A stretch of DNA of 64,000 bases from Callorhinchus milii (taxonomy: Eukaryota), in contig NW_024704743.1 in NCBI RefSeq assembly GCF_018977255.1, positions 44,642,001-44,706,000 on the forward strand, in the 5' to 3' direction. Made by a program: the position numbers and the translations under genes. This document shows positions 51,469 to 64,000 of this stretch, piece after piece. The notes below the pieces were generated by a model that saw only the letters and a list, made by a program, of their open reading frames with translations, was not told the origin of the DNA and did not search any database. How positions within the stretch are numbered: position 1 is the stretch's first letter; each line of letters opens with the position of its first letter.

Positions 51469-52254
51469 ACAACAACAACAAAAAAATTACATTTGTATAG
51501 CACCTTTCATGCTGGGAGGACGACCCAAGGTACTGGACAGTCAGAGTTTTGGACCCAAGCTGAGGTCGGGATTGGGGAGGGTGGAGGGCAGGGGGGGGAA
51601 GCAGGGTGATCGAAAGCACGGTCGAAGAGGAGGGTCTTGAAGGAGGCAAGGGAGTGGGCGAGGTGGAGGCACTGTGGGATGGAGTTCCAGAGGATGGGGA
51701 CAGAGTGGCAGAAGGCCCGCCCTCCAATGGTGGGGCGAGTGAGGAGGGGGACGTGAAGCAGGCCGGAGCCTGCTGAGCGGAGGGAGCGAGCAGGATGGTA
51801 GGGGTTAGGAGGTCACAGAGGTAGGGGGGAGCACGGTGAAGGTGAAGGACCAGAATCTTGAACTGTATCGTCTGTGTGAAGGGAAGTCAGTGGGAAAAAA
51901 AATGAGGATGGGGGTGATAGGGTCACAGAGCCTGATGTGGGAGAAGACACGGGCTGCAAAGTTCTGGATGATCTGCAGTCTGTGGAGGGAGGAGTTGGGG
52001 ACCGAAAAGCAAGGAGATGGCATAGTCAAGGCTCAATGGACAGAGCTGTGAAGGTTGAGGTAAGAGGAGAGATGGTGGATGAGGATAGAGTGCTCGACGG
52101 TATCAAAGGCAGCAGAGAGGTCGGCACGGAAACCTGACTGGAGGCGTTCGTGAAGGGAGCAGCGGGAGAGGAAGAAGCGAAGCTGGGAAGCAACGCCTCA
52201 TTCCAGGACCTTGGAGAGGAAGGGAGTTTGAGATGGGGCGGTAGTTTGAGAATG
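51469..52254 (-). mobile_element. L2 with internal deletions
   Basis: Tail, LQIIQN motif, RT N-terminal remnant. Confidence 0.9.
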
Positions 52255-53469
52255 TTATGAATATCAGTGTCCACACTGACAGGCATCATTGCATTTTTTA
52301 AATTTCAGACACACACCAAAAACTCTGAATTATATCATGTCGTTCATGAAATGGAGGCATCTCAAAATGCTTGATAGAATGAGATCAATTAGCAATGAAG
52401 TGAATGTTGCTAGGCAGGGAATTATGACAGCAAAGTCCAAGACAATGATATAACTAGAAAACTGTGGGTGGGTTTGGATGAGAGAGATATCGACAGGATA
52501 ACAGAGATTAGAAATTCCCACTTTCTATTAAAATAGCTGTGATGATGGTTGGTGGGTGTGGGACAGTCAGACAGAGCCTAAATTAATAACTCCATTGAAA
52601 AAGGGTTGATAATCTGGAAAGAGATGGATGCACTTGTATTTAATATTGCAGCTTATTGTGCAAGGCATGTCATAAGCAGTGTCATTTCATGAAGCAGCAG
52701 AAAAATAAAATCAAGAGATGCTTGCCCTTATATTATTCCCACCCACTGTCAATTTTGTGAGATTATATTGTTAGAATGTACATTCCTGCAAATGCAATGC
52801 TCTTTTCCATTTTAAACTTTGTAAAGGTAGCTCAAATTGAATAGGTTGATACTTCAACTCAAGATATTTGATTTGGGAACATAAAATTGCAGTGTTTATT
52901 GTGAAGAAGGACAATATTTCCCTCTGCAGATATTTTCATCACAATTTATCTCTTCAGTTACAAGTTTCTTTGTCATTCTAGTACTTATAATATAATAATC
53001 TTTCCGTTTCATACAGCGCCTTAACACATTGTTGAGATGCCTCAAAGTGCTTCATAGGATTTTATTGCAAACTGTAGTCACTGTTTTAACAGTAGGCAAA
53101 CGTGGTAGCCAATTTGAGCATAGCAATATCCAACAAACAGTCATGAAGGAAGTGACCAATTTTTTTAATTTGAGGAATTGGTGGCCTTTTCTTTTTAAAT
53201 AGTGCTACAGGATAGTTCGCCAACAAAATACACTGTGAATCCACTTTACAGTATATCCTGTGAAACGCTTTGAGATGCTTCATTAAGGCGATATAAAATG
53301 CAAGGATTATTATGACTAATTAATGTCTACTTGAACATTTTAAACTTTTAAAATTTTAAACAAAAATGTTCCTCATTAAGAAGAAAGCAACAACACAATC
53401 AGCGACGCAGCCTAACAATAATTTCCAGAATTGTTATTTTAGTGACAGGAAACACTAGCCTTAAGTATC

Positions 53470-53865
53470 AATCTGACTCAGTTGGTTGAACTCTTGACAC
53501 TGAATCAGAAGGTTTGAGGTTCAAGCCACAAGTTGGGACTTTGAACTCACAGTTCAGCCTGACATTTTAAATGAGTATTGGTGCAGGAACCGGTCATGAC
53601 TGTCTGGTCAAGTGGATGGTAAAGATCCCATGACACTGAAATGAATCTTTATTGGTGCGCTGGCCAACAATCCCCTGGTTAAAATTATTCATTCACTCCA
53701 TAGCTGTTAGTGGGGCATTATTGTATTACAATTGGCTGTCACATTTGCTTATTAAAAACAGTCAAAATACATTTCATTTTGCAGTAAATTCTGTGAATGG
53801 CTTTGGGACGTTCTCTTGATGTGAAAATTGTTTTGCCAAATGCAAGGATTGTTATTTTTATTATT
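53470..53865 (+). mobile_element. SINE family C
   Basis: Head, gtggatggtaaagatcccatg core, tail. Confidence 0.75.
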
Positions 53866-54444
53866 TAGAGTATCGACACTAGATTGAGTTCCACATATGT
53901 AAGTCAGACTGGTTGGGCCAATTGGCCTGTTTCCCTAATGTACATTCTTTGTTTCAAAATTTTACACTCTCTTCCTGGACAGAACATCAGGCATATCCAT
54001 TTCAAGAGAGGTTGTTGAGAGCTAAGGATTGGTGACCCAAGAATGTAAGTAGATCCAACTGAAAACACATTACTTGCCATTGAGAGCAATGTCTGACAAG
54101 TGTTGTACTGCTTGTCCAGTTAGAACCATCTTTGTTCTATGCTATATACTGTGCATTGTAAAACGTGTCAGGCATTTAGACCAATTGGTAGCCATTCTCT
54201 TCAGAGGAGATGTAAGTAGGGTATTCTTAGAGCTGAGCTGGCTATGTTTGGGAATTTTTGCCACTGGTGGATGCAACAGGCAATTGCTATGTGTTAAGTG
54301 TGTTCACTCAAGAATTAGTGATAGTGAGGTTATTGAGTTCATTGTACTAATTACTGTAAAGTATGCATGTAAACATGAGTGGATATTTTATTACAAGCAC
54401 ATGGAATTTTTAAAGGAAATATGCACTTTAAATAAATAATCAAA

Positions 54445-54705
54445 CTGGAGGTTAGAAAACATTTATTTACATAAGGCGATTGAAATGTAAGATGTTCTGC
54501 CATAAACCATTGTCGAAATAAAGTCCATAAATTCTTTTAAACAAGAAATAGATAGATCCTGGGAAAGGAGGGGTATTAAGTATTGGCGGGCAGGGCAGAG
54601 GAAATGGATTAGATTAGGTGATTTATCTGGAGAAAAACATCAGCGAAGAGTTGATTGGGCCAAATGGCTTATTTCTGTTCGGTAATATTCTATTATTCTA
54701 TGATT
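54445..54705 (+). mobile_element. CR1 3' end
   Basis: gggccaaatggcttatttctg and attctatg tail. Confidence 0.65.
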
Positions 54706-56420
54706 TACCTAAAGAGTTAAAACATTGATCTTGTTGGAGTGCTTACTGTAAGTTTTCAATGAGTAGGGTCAATTTTTTCAGCAATTTAATCTAAAAAGCA
54801 TATGCCCTTCACCGAATGATGATTTATCTGCAGCTTATAGCATGTTTCCACAGTACATTGTTTGCTCACAAATATTTTTTATCAGGAATCAGTTTATTTA
54901 TGGTGAATTTTATGCTTATTGAAGTGAGGCATGCCTGCCCGTGTTGGGAAATGGACTTTGTAAACAGTGTCAACATCAGAAAGCTGGAATTTCTTTTAGT
55001 CTTTAGCCCATTATCTTAAAATTTAAGATTGTGCAGAATTTTGGAAAATTCTTAAATTTAGTCTGAATTTGTTTTTCTCCATTTCTTAAAAAAGAACTTC
55101 TAAACTCATCCAGAGTTTAAAAGTGTACCAAATTCTATAAGATCTTAAATTTTAAAACAATAGTCTTAAAGCTAAGACCATGAGCATTTTTAGAGTTTCT
55201 TGTGCTCTCATTTCAGCACAGAATAAATGCAGAGTAAAGCAGCCTATCAAATAAAATTTAATTTTAAACATTAATGGGAGTTAAATATTGGAATAAAATG
55301 TAACATACATTTCAATGTTCAGTGAAGTCTAATGCTGAAGCTTGGATTGATATCAGAAACTATAAAAGAGGGAAAGTAATATTATTTACTGACTGGAATA
55401 ATGAAACTACAGTTTGTAGTGTTCACATTACAGAAAAGTCAAAATGTTAAACACGTAAATCGTATCTACATTTTATCAATGATTGATCTGTGAACAAAAT
55501 GTGAACTGTATTTCAATATAACCCACAAATTGGTTGAAGTATATCTATTCAAATAACAATCCTGAAGACATCAAAGGGTAAAAATTCTGTTTAACGTCAC
55601 CCTTCATGATTTCAGGAAATAATTGGTGGTTTATTATAGATTGCACATGATAATAATAATTAATTCTTACATTTGATATAGCGCCTTTCACATCAGGAGG
55701 ATATCTCAAAGTGCTTCACAGGATTTTACTGTGAAGTGTAGTGAAGTGTAGTGTAGTATTTTGTAGGCGAACATCACAAAAAGTTCAGCATGGATTGCTG
55801 AATGTTTACCCTTTGGTTTTCTGTTCAATGAACATAGGTTTTACAATCCATATTATTGCCTAGCGTTTAATAATCAGCCTATTATTGATCAATAATGTGC
55901 TTATTAATTTTATTTGACTTTTGTCATTCATGCCAGTCAAGATGTCACTTCCTGTCCACTGTAGTATCAATTCTGGAAATTACTGGTAGGCTGGATTACT
56001 GATGTTTTTGCTTGCTTCTTATTGACAGAGGAATATTTTTTCAGTTTTACATTCTCTTCATTGAGCTGATTAAATAACTTAAAAGGAGTTAGGTAGATAA
56101 AATACTATTGTTGGATGATAAAATTGGAAGTTTTCAGGAAAGGAATGGACAGAGTTGATTACTTGGGAGCAACAGACCTGGGTCGAATAGTGGAGGTGTA
56201 AGGATGCATGTATGGATATCGTGAAGTGTTCATAATAACCTTTGGGACTCAGGAAGTATTTGTACAGAACTCTCCATCAGATAATTAAAATTATTGGGTG
56301 CAAATCACATCAAGGCAAATTTTTTCACGAATATCTCCCGTTTTTAATTTTACTCCTAACTATTCTGAGTGTTTATATTCTGCTCACCTCCTCTCTTTTC
56401 TATCGTGCCAATTATTACAT

Positions 56421-56730
56421 CAACAACAACAATAACTTGCACTTATATAGTGCCCTCCATGCAGGCTAGCATCTCAGAGCACTTAACACTTGACACCGAG
56501 CTGGCATGGCGGTGGTGGGGCGGGGGCCGGCAGGGGGGGAGGTGGTCGTAAGCACGGTCGAAGAGGAAGGTTTTCAGGAGGGACTTGAAAAAGGGGAGAG
56601 AGGGGGCAAGGTTGAGGAAGAGTGTTCCAGAATTTCGAGGCATAGTGGCTGAAAGTGCAATCTCTGATGGTGGGGCAGAGGGTGTGAGGGATGAGCAGGA
56701 GGCCGGTGCCAGTCGAGCGGAGTCGCCGGG
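56421..56730 (-). mobile_element. L2 3' fragment, alternative tail subfamily
   Basis: Homologous to 29785-29980. Confidence 0.8.
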
Positions 56731-56789
56731 TTCAATAATAATTAATAATTAAGGTTATTTGGTTTTCTGCACAAGCTACCCCGCATTGC

Positions 56790-57230
56790 ATCACGTTTCT
56801 TCCCACTCCCCTATCATATTAGTTTAAATGCTCTGCTGTAGCCCTAGTTATTTTCCCAAAGAGGAGACTGCTGCTAGTCTGGGTATATACATGCCCCAAA
56901 ACTGGTCCCAAAGTCCTAAGAATTTAAATCTGCCCTCCTATACCATCTCTCCAGCTGCGCATTTACCAGTCATATCTTCCTGTTAATATGCTGACTGGCA
57001 GGTTGGACAGGAAGTAATCCTGAGGATACAACTCCTGAGGTCTTGCACCTTAATCTATTTCCTAATTCCTGGGAGACACTCTGCAGGATCCAAAACTTAC
57101 TCTTTTGCTACGACATTGGTTCGTATACAAACCATTACTACTGGCTGATCTGCCTCTCAAAAATCTGTTATATCCCTTACCCTGGCACTGGAGAAGCAAG
57201 ATGCCATTCAGGACCCAAAGAGAAGCGACT
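56790..57230 (-). mobile_element. CR1 ORF1 (SGNH esterase-like) remnant
   Basis: Minus-strand VNAQLERWYRR peptide, like CR1 ORF1 LNAWLERWCRREGF. Confidence 0.5.
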
Positions 57231-57540
57231 TTCATCTTATCTTTTGCCCTGTGGGTTAATGCAGCGGTCAATTTGTGCACAGTAATTGTGGGACATTGCT
57301 ATGAATAAATTGGCTGCTGTATTCACCCACAAAATACACACAATCGCACCACGTTACAGTATACTCCTTGAAGCGCTTTGAGACCCCTCAATGGTGTGAT
57401 AAAGTGCTATATGAATTACAAGGATGATACGATTATTATAATATTGTTCTCACCTATTACACTGCCCAGTCGCTCTCACATCACAACAAATTATAATTTT
57501 TATTTGCATTCATCTAGACAAGGAACTAAGAGATGTGATC

Positions 57541-57970
57541 GTGGAGTCCTGTAGCTCAGTGGTTAGAGCACTCGCTTTGCAAGCGAGAGACCTGGGTTCA
57601 ATTCCAGGCAGAGCGAAACCTTGGGCAAGTTTCCTTACTCCACACGCCTAATAATAATCCCTCTAAAACAAAACAATAATAAATTGGTCATTTTCAATCT
57701 ACGAATGTTTGTGGGACATAATAATAATAATAATCCTTGCATTTGATATAGCGCTTTTCACGTTAGGAGGACGTCCCAAAGCGCTTCACAGAACACACTG
57801 TAAAAGCTACAGGACTCCAGTTCTCCAGTGCTGTACGCAATTGGCTGCCACATTCGCCCACAAATATACAGTCAATTCACTTTACAGTGTGTTCTGTGAA
57901 GCGCTTTGGGACGTCCTCCCGACGTGAAAAACGCTATATCAAATGCAAGGATTATTATTATTATTATTAT
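57541..57970 (+). mobile_element. SINE family A hosting an inverted mini-SINE at 57720-57828
   Basis: Host gggacat|tgctg is split by antisense tail and head pieces. Confidence 0.93.
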
Positions 57971-58494
57971 TTTACATACAGAGATAATCCTTCCTTTATT
58001 CTTACTTTGTTCTTAAAGAATGGTGTCTTGTATTAGAACTATCAAAAGATACTACATGTCCCTTTCTCCGAGAAATCACATTTATTATCATGGATGGTTT
58101 ATAAATAGCTCCAACCTGACAATACCTGTACTTTGTTAAAGGCTGCTTCTGACACGTGTCTCTAATCTATTGTTAGATTCATAGCAGCAGTCGTATTTTT
58201 TGTTAGATGTGCACGACCATTCTCTTACATAATTAATCACAGAGAATTGGAAAGGAACATGAATGCTAGGAATCATGTATTCTCTGTAATGTGTTGTATG
58301 CTGCACACAAAATATTCAATGTATTCCTGAAAAAAATAGCTACACCATCTCTTAAATGTTTCCTTGATAAATAATTCACTAATATTGTTCAGTGAATCAA
58401 CTATCACATGTATAAATGATCTTTATTTTTGAGGGGGAGTGATGCCCATGAGTTTTTGCCTTTGGATTATAATTAATTTGTTGGGCAAAAATAT

Positions 58495-58630
58495 TTGTTA
58501 GGTAGGGGTAACAAGGGATTTGGGGCAAGGGCAGGTAATTGGAGGTGAGGTACAGATCAGTCAAGATCTTATAGAATTGTGGAACAGGCTAGAGGGGCTG
58601 CATGGCCTACTCCTGTTCCTATGTTCCTAT
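58495..58630 (+). mobile_element. CR1 3' UTR
   Basis: ggcctactcctgttcctatgttcctat. Confidence 0.75.
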
Positions 58631-58949
58631 ATTCCGTGTTTTAGAAATAATGATTCTGCCTGCTTGCAACATGAAACCAAAGATGTAATAATAATAATCC
58701 TTGCATTTGATATAGTGCCTTATCACGTCTTCGAGACATCTCAAAGCGCTTCATACCTCATGCCTGGCCAGATTATATGAATTTGGGTTGTGTCATACAT
58801 ATAAGGACTTGTGTTTATAATACTATCTGCCTTTCAGTGAACCTCAGGCATCCTTATTCTTGAGCATTGCATACTTTATGTGCAGAAATAGGTCAAGAGC
58901 TACAGTTACGTAGGAGCAAGCTTGTTCAAGTGATTTACCCAGACTTAAC

Positions 58950-59350
58950 AGTCTTGACATTTGTTGTCTACTGTGCAGTTCATGGAAGTGTTTTTTGTCT
59001 TTCCAAATTTCTCTTGTTTTTCCCTTCTTAGGGTAGAGATGTGATTTAAACACAGAGATAATCCTTCCCTTATTGCTGAGATCAATTAGTTCCATTGCTG
59101 ACTTGGCTGAGATCAGCAGAACAAGAGATTGCATGGTCTGGTCAGGGCTGTGAAGAGCAACCTGGGGACAGATACTAAACTTTTTTTTCCACATGGAGGG
59201 TCATTGACAGCTGGACTGGATTACTAGGAAGGGTGGTGGTGGCCATATAACAGACCAATTTAAAAACCAGCTTGTAATGACTAACCAGTAGGGGTGTATT
59301 CTGGAAAGGTGAAATCAAAAGGCCCAGATGATCTTCTTCTTGTGAATCTT
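58950..59350 (+). mobile_element. Old CR1 C-terminal fragment
   Basis: Similar to 3580-3905. Confidence 0.55.
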
Positions 59351-61506
59351 TGGTACCTGGAACCTACCTGTCTGTGTGGCCTCCTCGATTAGACAATGCC
59401 TTTATGTACACACCTAGGCCATTAAGGTTGAGCCCTCATATCTTAAAAAGACATGATAACTCATGCTTGACAAAGTAACACATAGATTACAAAGAGTTAC
59501 CTCAAAATAGTTTGTATTCTCCAGTATTTCGCTCAAGAGGCTATTCTTTGTATTTCAGCCTGAAGAAAGATATTGGGTAGGTTGTTTGAGTAAGAGGGGC
59601 ATCACAGACAAACCCAATCCTATCAATTAAATGGCATCCACTTTCTATCAAAACATCACTGGAATTAGAGGCAGGAGCACTGCTTACTTTTCCTTTCACT
59701 AACCAGGGTGGAACCCTAGCTGCAACCAGCATATTCCACTGAGACCAATGGTTGAACAAAGAGCAAATGGCTCATTCTGACATTGTCACGCAATAATCAC
59801 ACAACACATTTTTTTTAAATGCACGATATTTAGAAACGTAACTTATTTTGTCCTGCCAATACTTTTAAATTGCTATTAAAAACTATCAGATAGTTTTTCA
59901 TAACAGTTCACTACGACAATTCCTTCCAATTTATACTCATTGGTTTACTTGATGGTGGCAATATCACCAATTTTCATGACCACAGCTTCCATACTCTGAA
60001 AATCTGATTGGTGATAAAAAAAATTAAGTAACTGATAGTTTTTGAAACTTGCAAGCTGGGAAACTTTTAATATATATTATACGTAAATGCTTTTGCAAGT
60101 TCACACCTCTGTGTAAAATCTACAATTTACAGTGCTAACAACACACCATGACCAAATCATTAACCTGCCTTTCTCTCTCAAATGCTGAATGATTTGTCAT
60201 TAATAATAATTAATCCTTGCAATTGATTAACACTTGTAATGTAGCAACATCTGAAAGTACCTTACAATAATTATTGTTGAGAAGTTATTGTGCATCCGTA
60301 GGCAAACATGACAGCTAATTTGTGAACAGCAACATCTCACAAACAGCCAGAGGGTGAATGATCAATTTATCAGGAAGACTGTTGGCCAGGACAATGGAAG
60401 AAGCTCCCTGTTTTTTTTCAGTATTGTTGAAGAGCATTGCTGTGCTTTTCCAGTATATTGTGTTTATATCTAATAATTCTCACCAATTGGCACTGTACCA
60501 TTAATTTATAATTAATATAAGTCGTACAATGGGGAAAGGTCATGGAATTTCAAAATGATCACCGGCGTAAATTAATACTCACTGCCTGAAGGCACATCCC
60601 TCTGGGTTTGCCCCTTTTCAGACTCATCAGAATTGTTTCCATTTTTGAAACATTGACAGCTATTGTGAATTGCATTTGCAGAAGCAGCCCCTGAGGGTTT
60701 TTCTGTAAATATTTTGTTAATATTTTCCTATAATTTATCTTCTGAGAAGAAATCTCGGGCCTATCCAGACTGTAAAAACACAATTTTTGGTTGTGATACG
60801 TTGCCAAAACTATGTCGTCCTGGTGGTTTCAATAAGATTCACTTTGCTGCTCAACTGCAATTTATACTGTAAAAGGCCCACTGCAGACACAGCAGCCATG
60901 TATACGGATTTGCCTGGGAACTTGCTGAAACATGTAATCTGAAAACAAGTTTGTTCCACCTCTTCAGTAACCACAGTGGAATGTGTATATCCAAACATTT
61001 CAGCCCAACCTTATGAAATTCAATATTAATTATACTTTATAAGTCAATCAGCTATATAATCTATATAAACCTAAGTATATGCACCTTTGTAGGACATATG
61101 TTAGTGCCATTTAATCTTACTGCTAAGTATACACGGCTTGTCCTTTTTTACTTGCCTTGAACACTGTTGGTGGAACAAATGTTAATTCCCTTGACAATAA
61201 AACAAGATATATGTTTTCAAGTACCTTGTCGCTACAAACCATTTATCTCAATAATTACAACTAATTGCGATAATGTCTCGAGTGACCACAATAGTCAGCT
61301 TTCACTGTAATTGCAATGATTCTTCTCATAGGAATAATAGTCCTTGCATTTGATATAGTGCCTTTCACACTCGAAGGACATCTCAAAGCACTTCACAGGA
61401 ATTACTGCCATGACTGTTTATTTTCAAGTATCTTCAGGTGCCATGACTGTATTTTTGTAGGTGAGTGAATATAACCTGTGTGGCTAGAAAATAGTTTTAG
61501 AAAATG

Positions 61507-61792
61507 TTTTTTTTGGTCAGCTGTGGAAACGTATCACTATGCTCAAGATTATCCAAACCAAGCTGATATTTCCATGAATCCCACTTACACATAGAAATGC
61601 CAGAGTAGATTGTTGGAATGGAATGCACACTCTCTCCCTGGAGGGATGCATCCTGCTTATCTAATTCCGGAAACTATTAGGCATAGGTTGGCAAGAGCCA
61701 AGGCTTGGGGACCCCAGAGTGTGTGTTGGGCTACCGCCGGCGTCTAACCAGCTAAAACCACATAGCTTGCCATTGATATTGCTGTCCGGCAA
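61507..61792 (-). mobile_element. Family U 3' fragment
   Basis: T-run + ggtcagc, colinear with 17253-17560. Confidence 0.8.
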
Positions 61793-62509
61793 GTAAGGTA
61801 GGAGTTTGCAGTCTAAATCATGACAATTTTTAAATATTCTGCATGTTTTGCCCTGCTTCATATACATCATTTGCATTAGTCAGCATTAACATCTTGCAGA
61901 GGGTTTATTGTAAAAGGTTGAACTGAAGTATCCATGTCCTGCTATATGCACAAAGGAGATGTACTTTACAGTAGGACAGATTGAAATAAATCTATTTTAA
62001 TATTAAAGTTCCAAGTTGCCACCATATGGCTAAGAAACTTTTGTAAGAGAAATGAAAAGCAGCTGAAATGTATATTGCATTAATTTTCTGAAGAGGTTTT
62101 GCTTCTAAATGAGGAAATCTAAAGCTCATTGATAATATTATTAATAACAATCCTTACCGCCTTACCTTTGATATAGTGCTTTCCACATCAAGGAGGATGG
62201 ATTGAAATAGTTCAAGATATACAAGATATACTGTGAAATGTCATGACTGTATAGTTACTAGGCAAATGCAGCAGCTAATTTGCACACAGGTCTGCCCAAC
62301 CAACAATCATGAAGTGAGTAACCAATTTTATTTGGGAGATTGTTGGCTTGGACACCTGATAAACGTCCCTTCTCTAACAGATTCTAAATATTTTATGGGG
62401 AAAGGATGTGGTTTGAAAAATAGCAGAACAATGACATGCAGCTCTGCTATTAATTTTCTTTACATATCCTGCCTTTGATGAGTTTGATAGCATTACATAT
62501 ACTCACTTT

Positions 62510-63906
62510 GGTAATGCAGTACAGATCAATAAGCTCGAGTTGGAGGTCAATTAGGGCTTTGTCAATATCAAATGAGAAAGTTGAAGAGACCAAAGACAGG
62601 TCATTTTCGATCAAATTGAAATTCTGGAATTGGCGAGAAAATTCGGCATGTAAGTCAAGTAGTGACGAAATATACTTTTTAAGGATTTGATCGCAAACAG
62701 TAATCTGCTGCAAAGATGGAAAGTGGGTGAACTGCCTGTTTCCTATCTGACACGATAAAATAAATAATTTTGTCATAAATGACTTGACACTGTAAAACAA
62801 ATTGTACACAAAGGCCCCCTTCCATTGCAGTTTTGAATTCAGTTCATTCATGTGGCCCATGATATCAACGGCAAATGCGAAACCAGAGAGACAATTCGCA
62901 TCATTCAGCTGTGGGAAATCTGAATCTTTTTGTTTCATGTTCAAAAATAAATCAATCTCTGCTCTCAGTTCCCACACTCTTTTCAAGACCTTTCCTAAAC
63001 TAAGCCAATCTTACATTCATGCAATACAGAACATCCGTGTGCTCGGATTCCAATTCCTGAAGCAGAGTTACAAATTACCTGTGGTTTAATCCCTTTGCTC
63101 AAATGTAATTGACCACTTTCATAACTGTGTCCACGACATTGCTTAGTTTTAGAACACTCTTGCAGAGGACTTCTTGGTGGACAATGTAGTGTAGAAAAAC
63201 AATATTCTGTTCTGGATTTGTTTGAGTTCAAAATGTTTGTGATACCTTGAATAAAAATTATCAACTGGATTGTTGCAGTGCTACAGTGGAGTCCTGTAGC
63301 TCAGTGGTTAGAGCACTCGCTTTGCAAGCGAGAGACCTGAGTTCAATTCCAGGCAGGGCGAAACCTTGGGCAAGTTCCTTACTCCACACAGAGCCTAATA
63401 ATAATCCCTCCAAAACCCAAAACAATAATAAATTGGTCATTTTCAATCTACGACTGTTTGTGGGACATTGCTGTGTACAATTGGCTGCCGCGTTTGCCCA
63501 CAAACAGTCAATTCACTTTACAGTGTGTTCTGTGAAGCGCTTTGGGACGTCCTCCCGATGCGAAAAGCGCTATATCAAATGCAAGGATTATTATTATTAT
63601 TATTGTGTCTTTGACATCACAACTCTCATCCAGTGCCAGTGAAAAACACGCAAAATTGTTTACTTTATTTCTTAACCGCAGATACAGCTTTCTTCCTTTT
63701 TCTTCGGCAGAAACGTTCTTATATTTGCAAGCATGTTCGCTCTCAAAATGGCAATTCAAGTTGTAGTCATTGAGCACTGCCTCACTTTCTTTGCAAATTA
63801 AGCACACAGCTTTTCCACCCACACTGGTAAAAAAAAATTTAGAAGTCCATTCTTTGTTGAATATTCGGTCTTCAGCGTCCACTTTCTGCTTCTTTGATAA
63901 ACTCAT
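62510..63906 (-). pseudogene. hAT transposase fossil (SPIN/GTF2IRD2-like), internally deleted, frameshifted and SINE-interrupted
   Basis: N-terminal zinc-finger-like CLICKE...HFESEH, catalytic SLALDESCD, LHCPPR, MNELNSKLQ, LQLELIDL. Confidence 0.88.
63286..63604 (+). mobile_element. SINE family A, full length, inserted in the hAT fossil
   Basis: ATTGT duplicated at 63269-63273 and 63602-63606. Confidence 0.95.
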
Positions 63907-64000
63907 TTTGAATTAACGTCATCTTCAGTGAAAAGTATTGCCGCGGTTGCCACGTGTGCATGTTTGAAAATTTGCCAATCTGTACATTTCTAACGTCAGC

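Noticed and set aside
57541..57616. tRNA-Ala gene
   Set aside because: Runs directly into SINE body and recurs as dispersed SINE heads
62450..63906. Domesticated GTF2IRD2-type host gene
   Set aside because: Frameshifts, deletion and SINE interruption
1..64000. CRISPR array or prokaryotic operon
   Set aside because: Repeats are dispersed retroposons, not regularly spaced repeat-spacer units; no gene-dense region

Overview
Repeat-rich vertebrate genomic DNA, most likely from a cartilaginous fish (inference: Deu-domain SacSINE1-like SINEs, CR1 LINEs with (ATTCTATG)n tails, abundant L2; a holocephalan is plausible). No intact host protein-coding ORF is recognisable. The long ORFs are LINE or transposase fossils or microsatellite artefacts. 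The window holds many copies of a tRNA-Ala-headed SINE and older relatives, over ten 5'-truncated L2 copies, a 2.3 kb CR1 plus many fragments, a hAT transposase fossil at the right end, and an unclassified A-tailed repeat family. A CpG island at about 44.8-46.1 kb looks like the promoter/first exon of a minus-strand gene, with a second promoter-like module at about 47.2-47.6 kb. Most notable: a SINE at the island edge with about 25 AT-to-GC changes and no obvious reverse change (gBGC-like); a covarying 3' stem-loop shared by SINE and L2; templated filler DNA at several retroposon 5' junctions; and the unclassified retroposon. All alignments and counts were done by eye, so boundaries of old elements are approximate.
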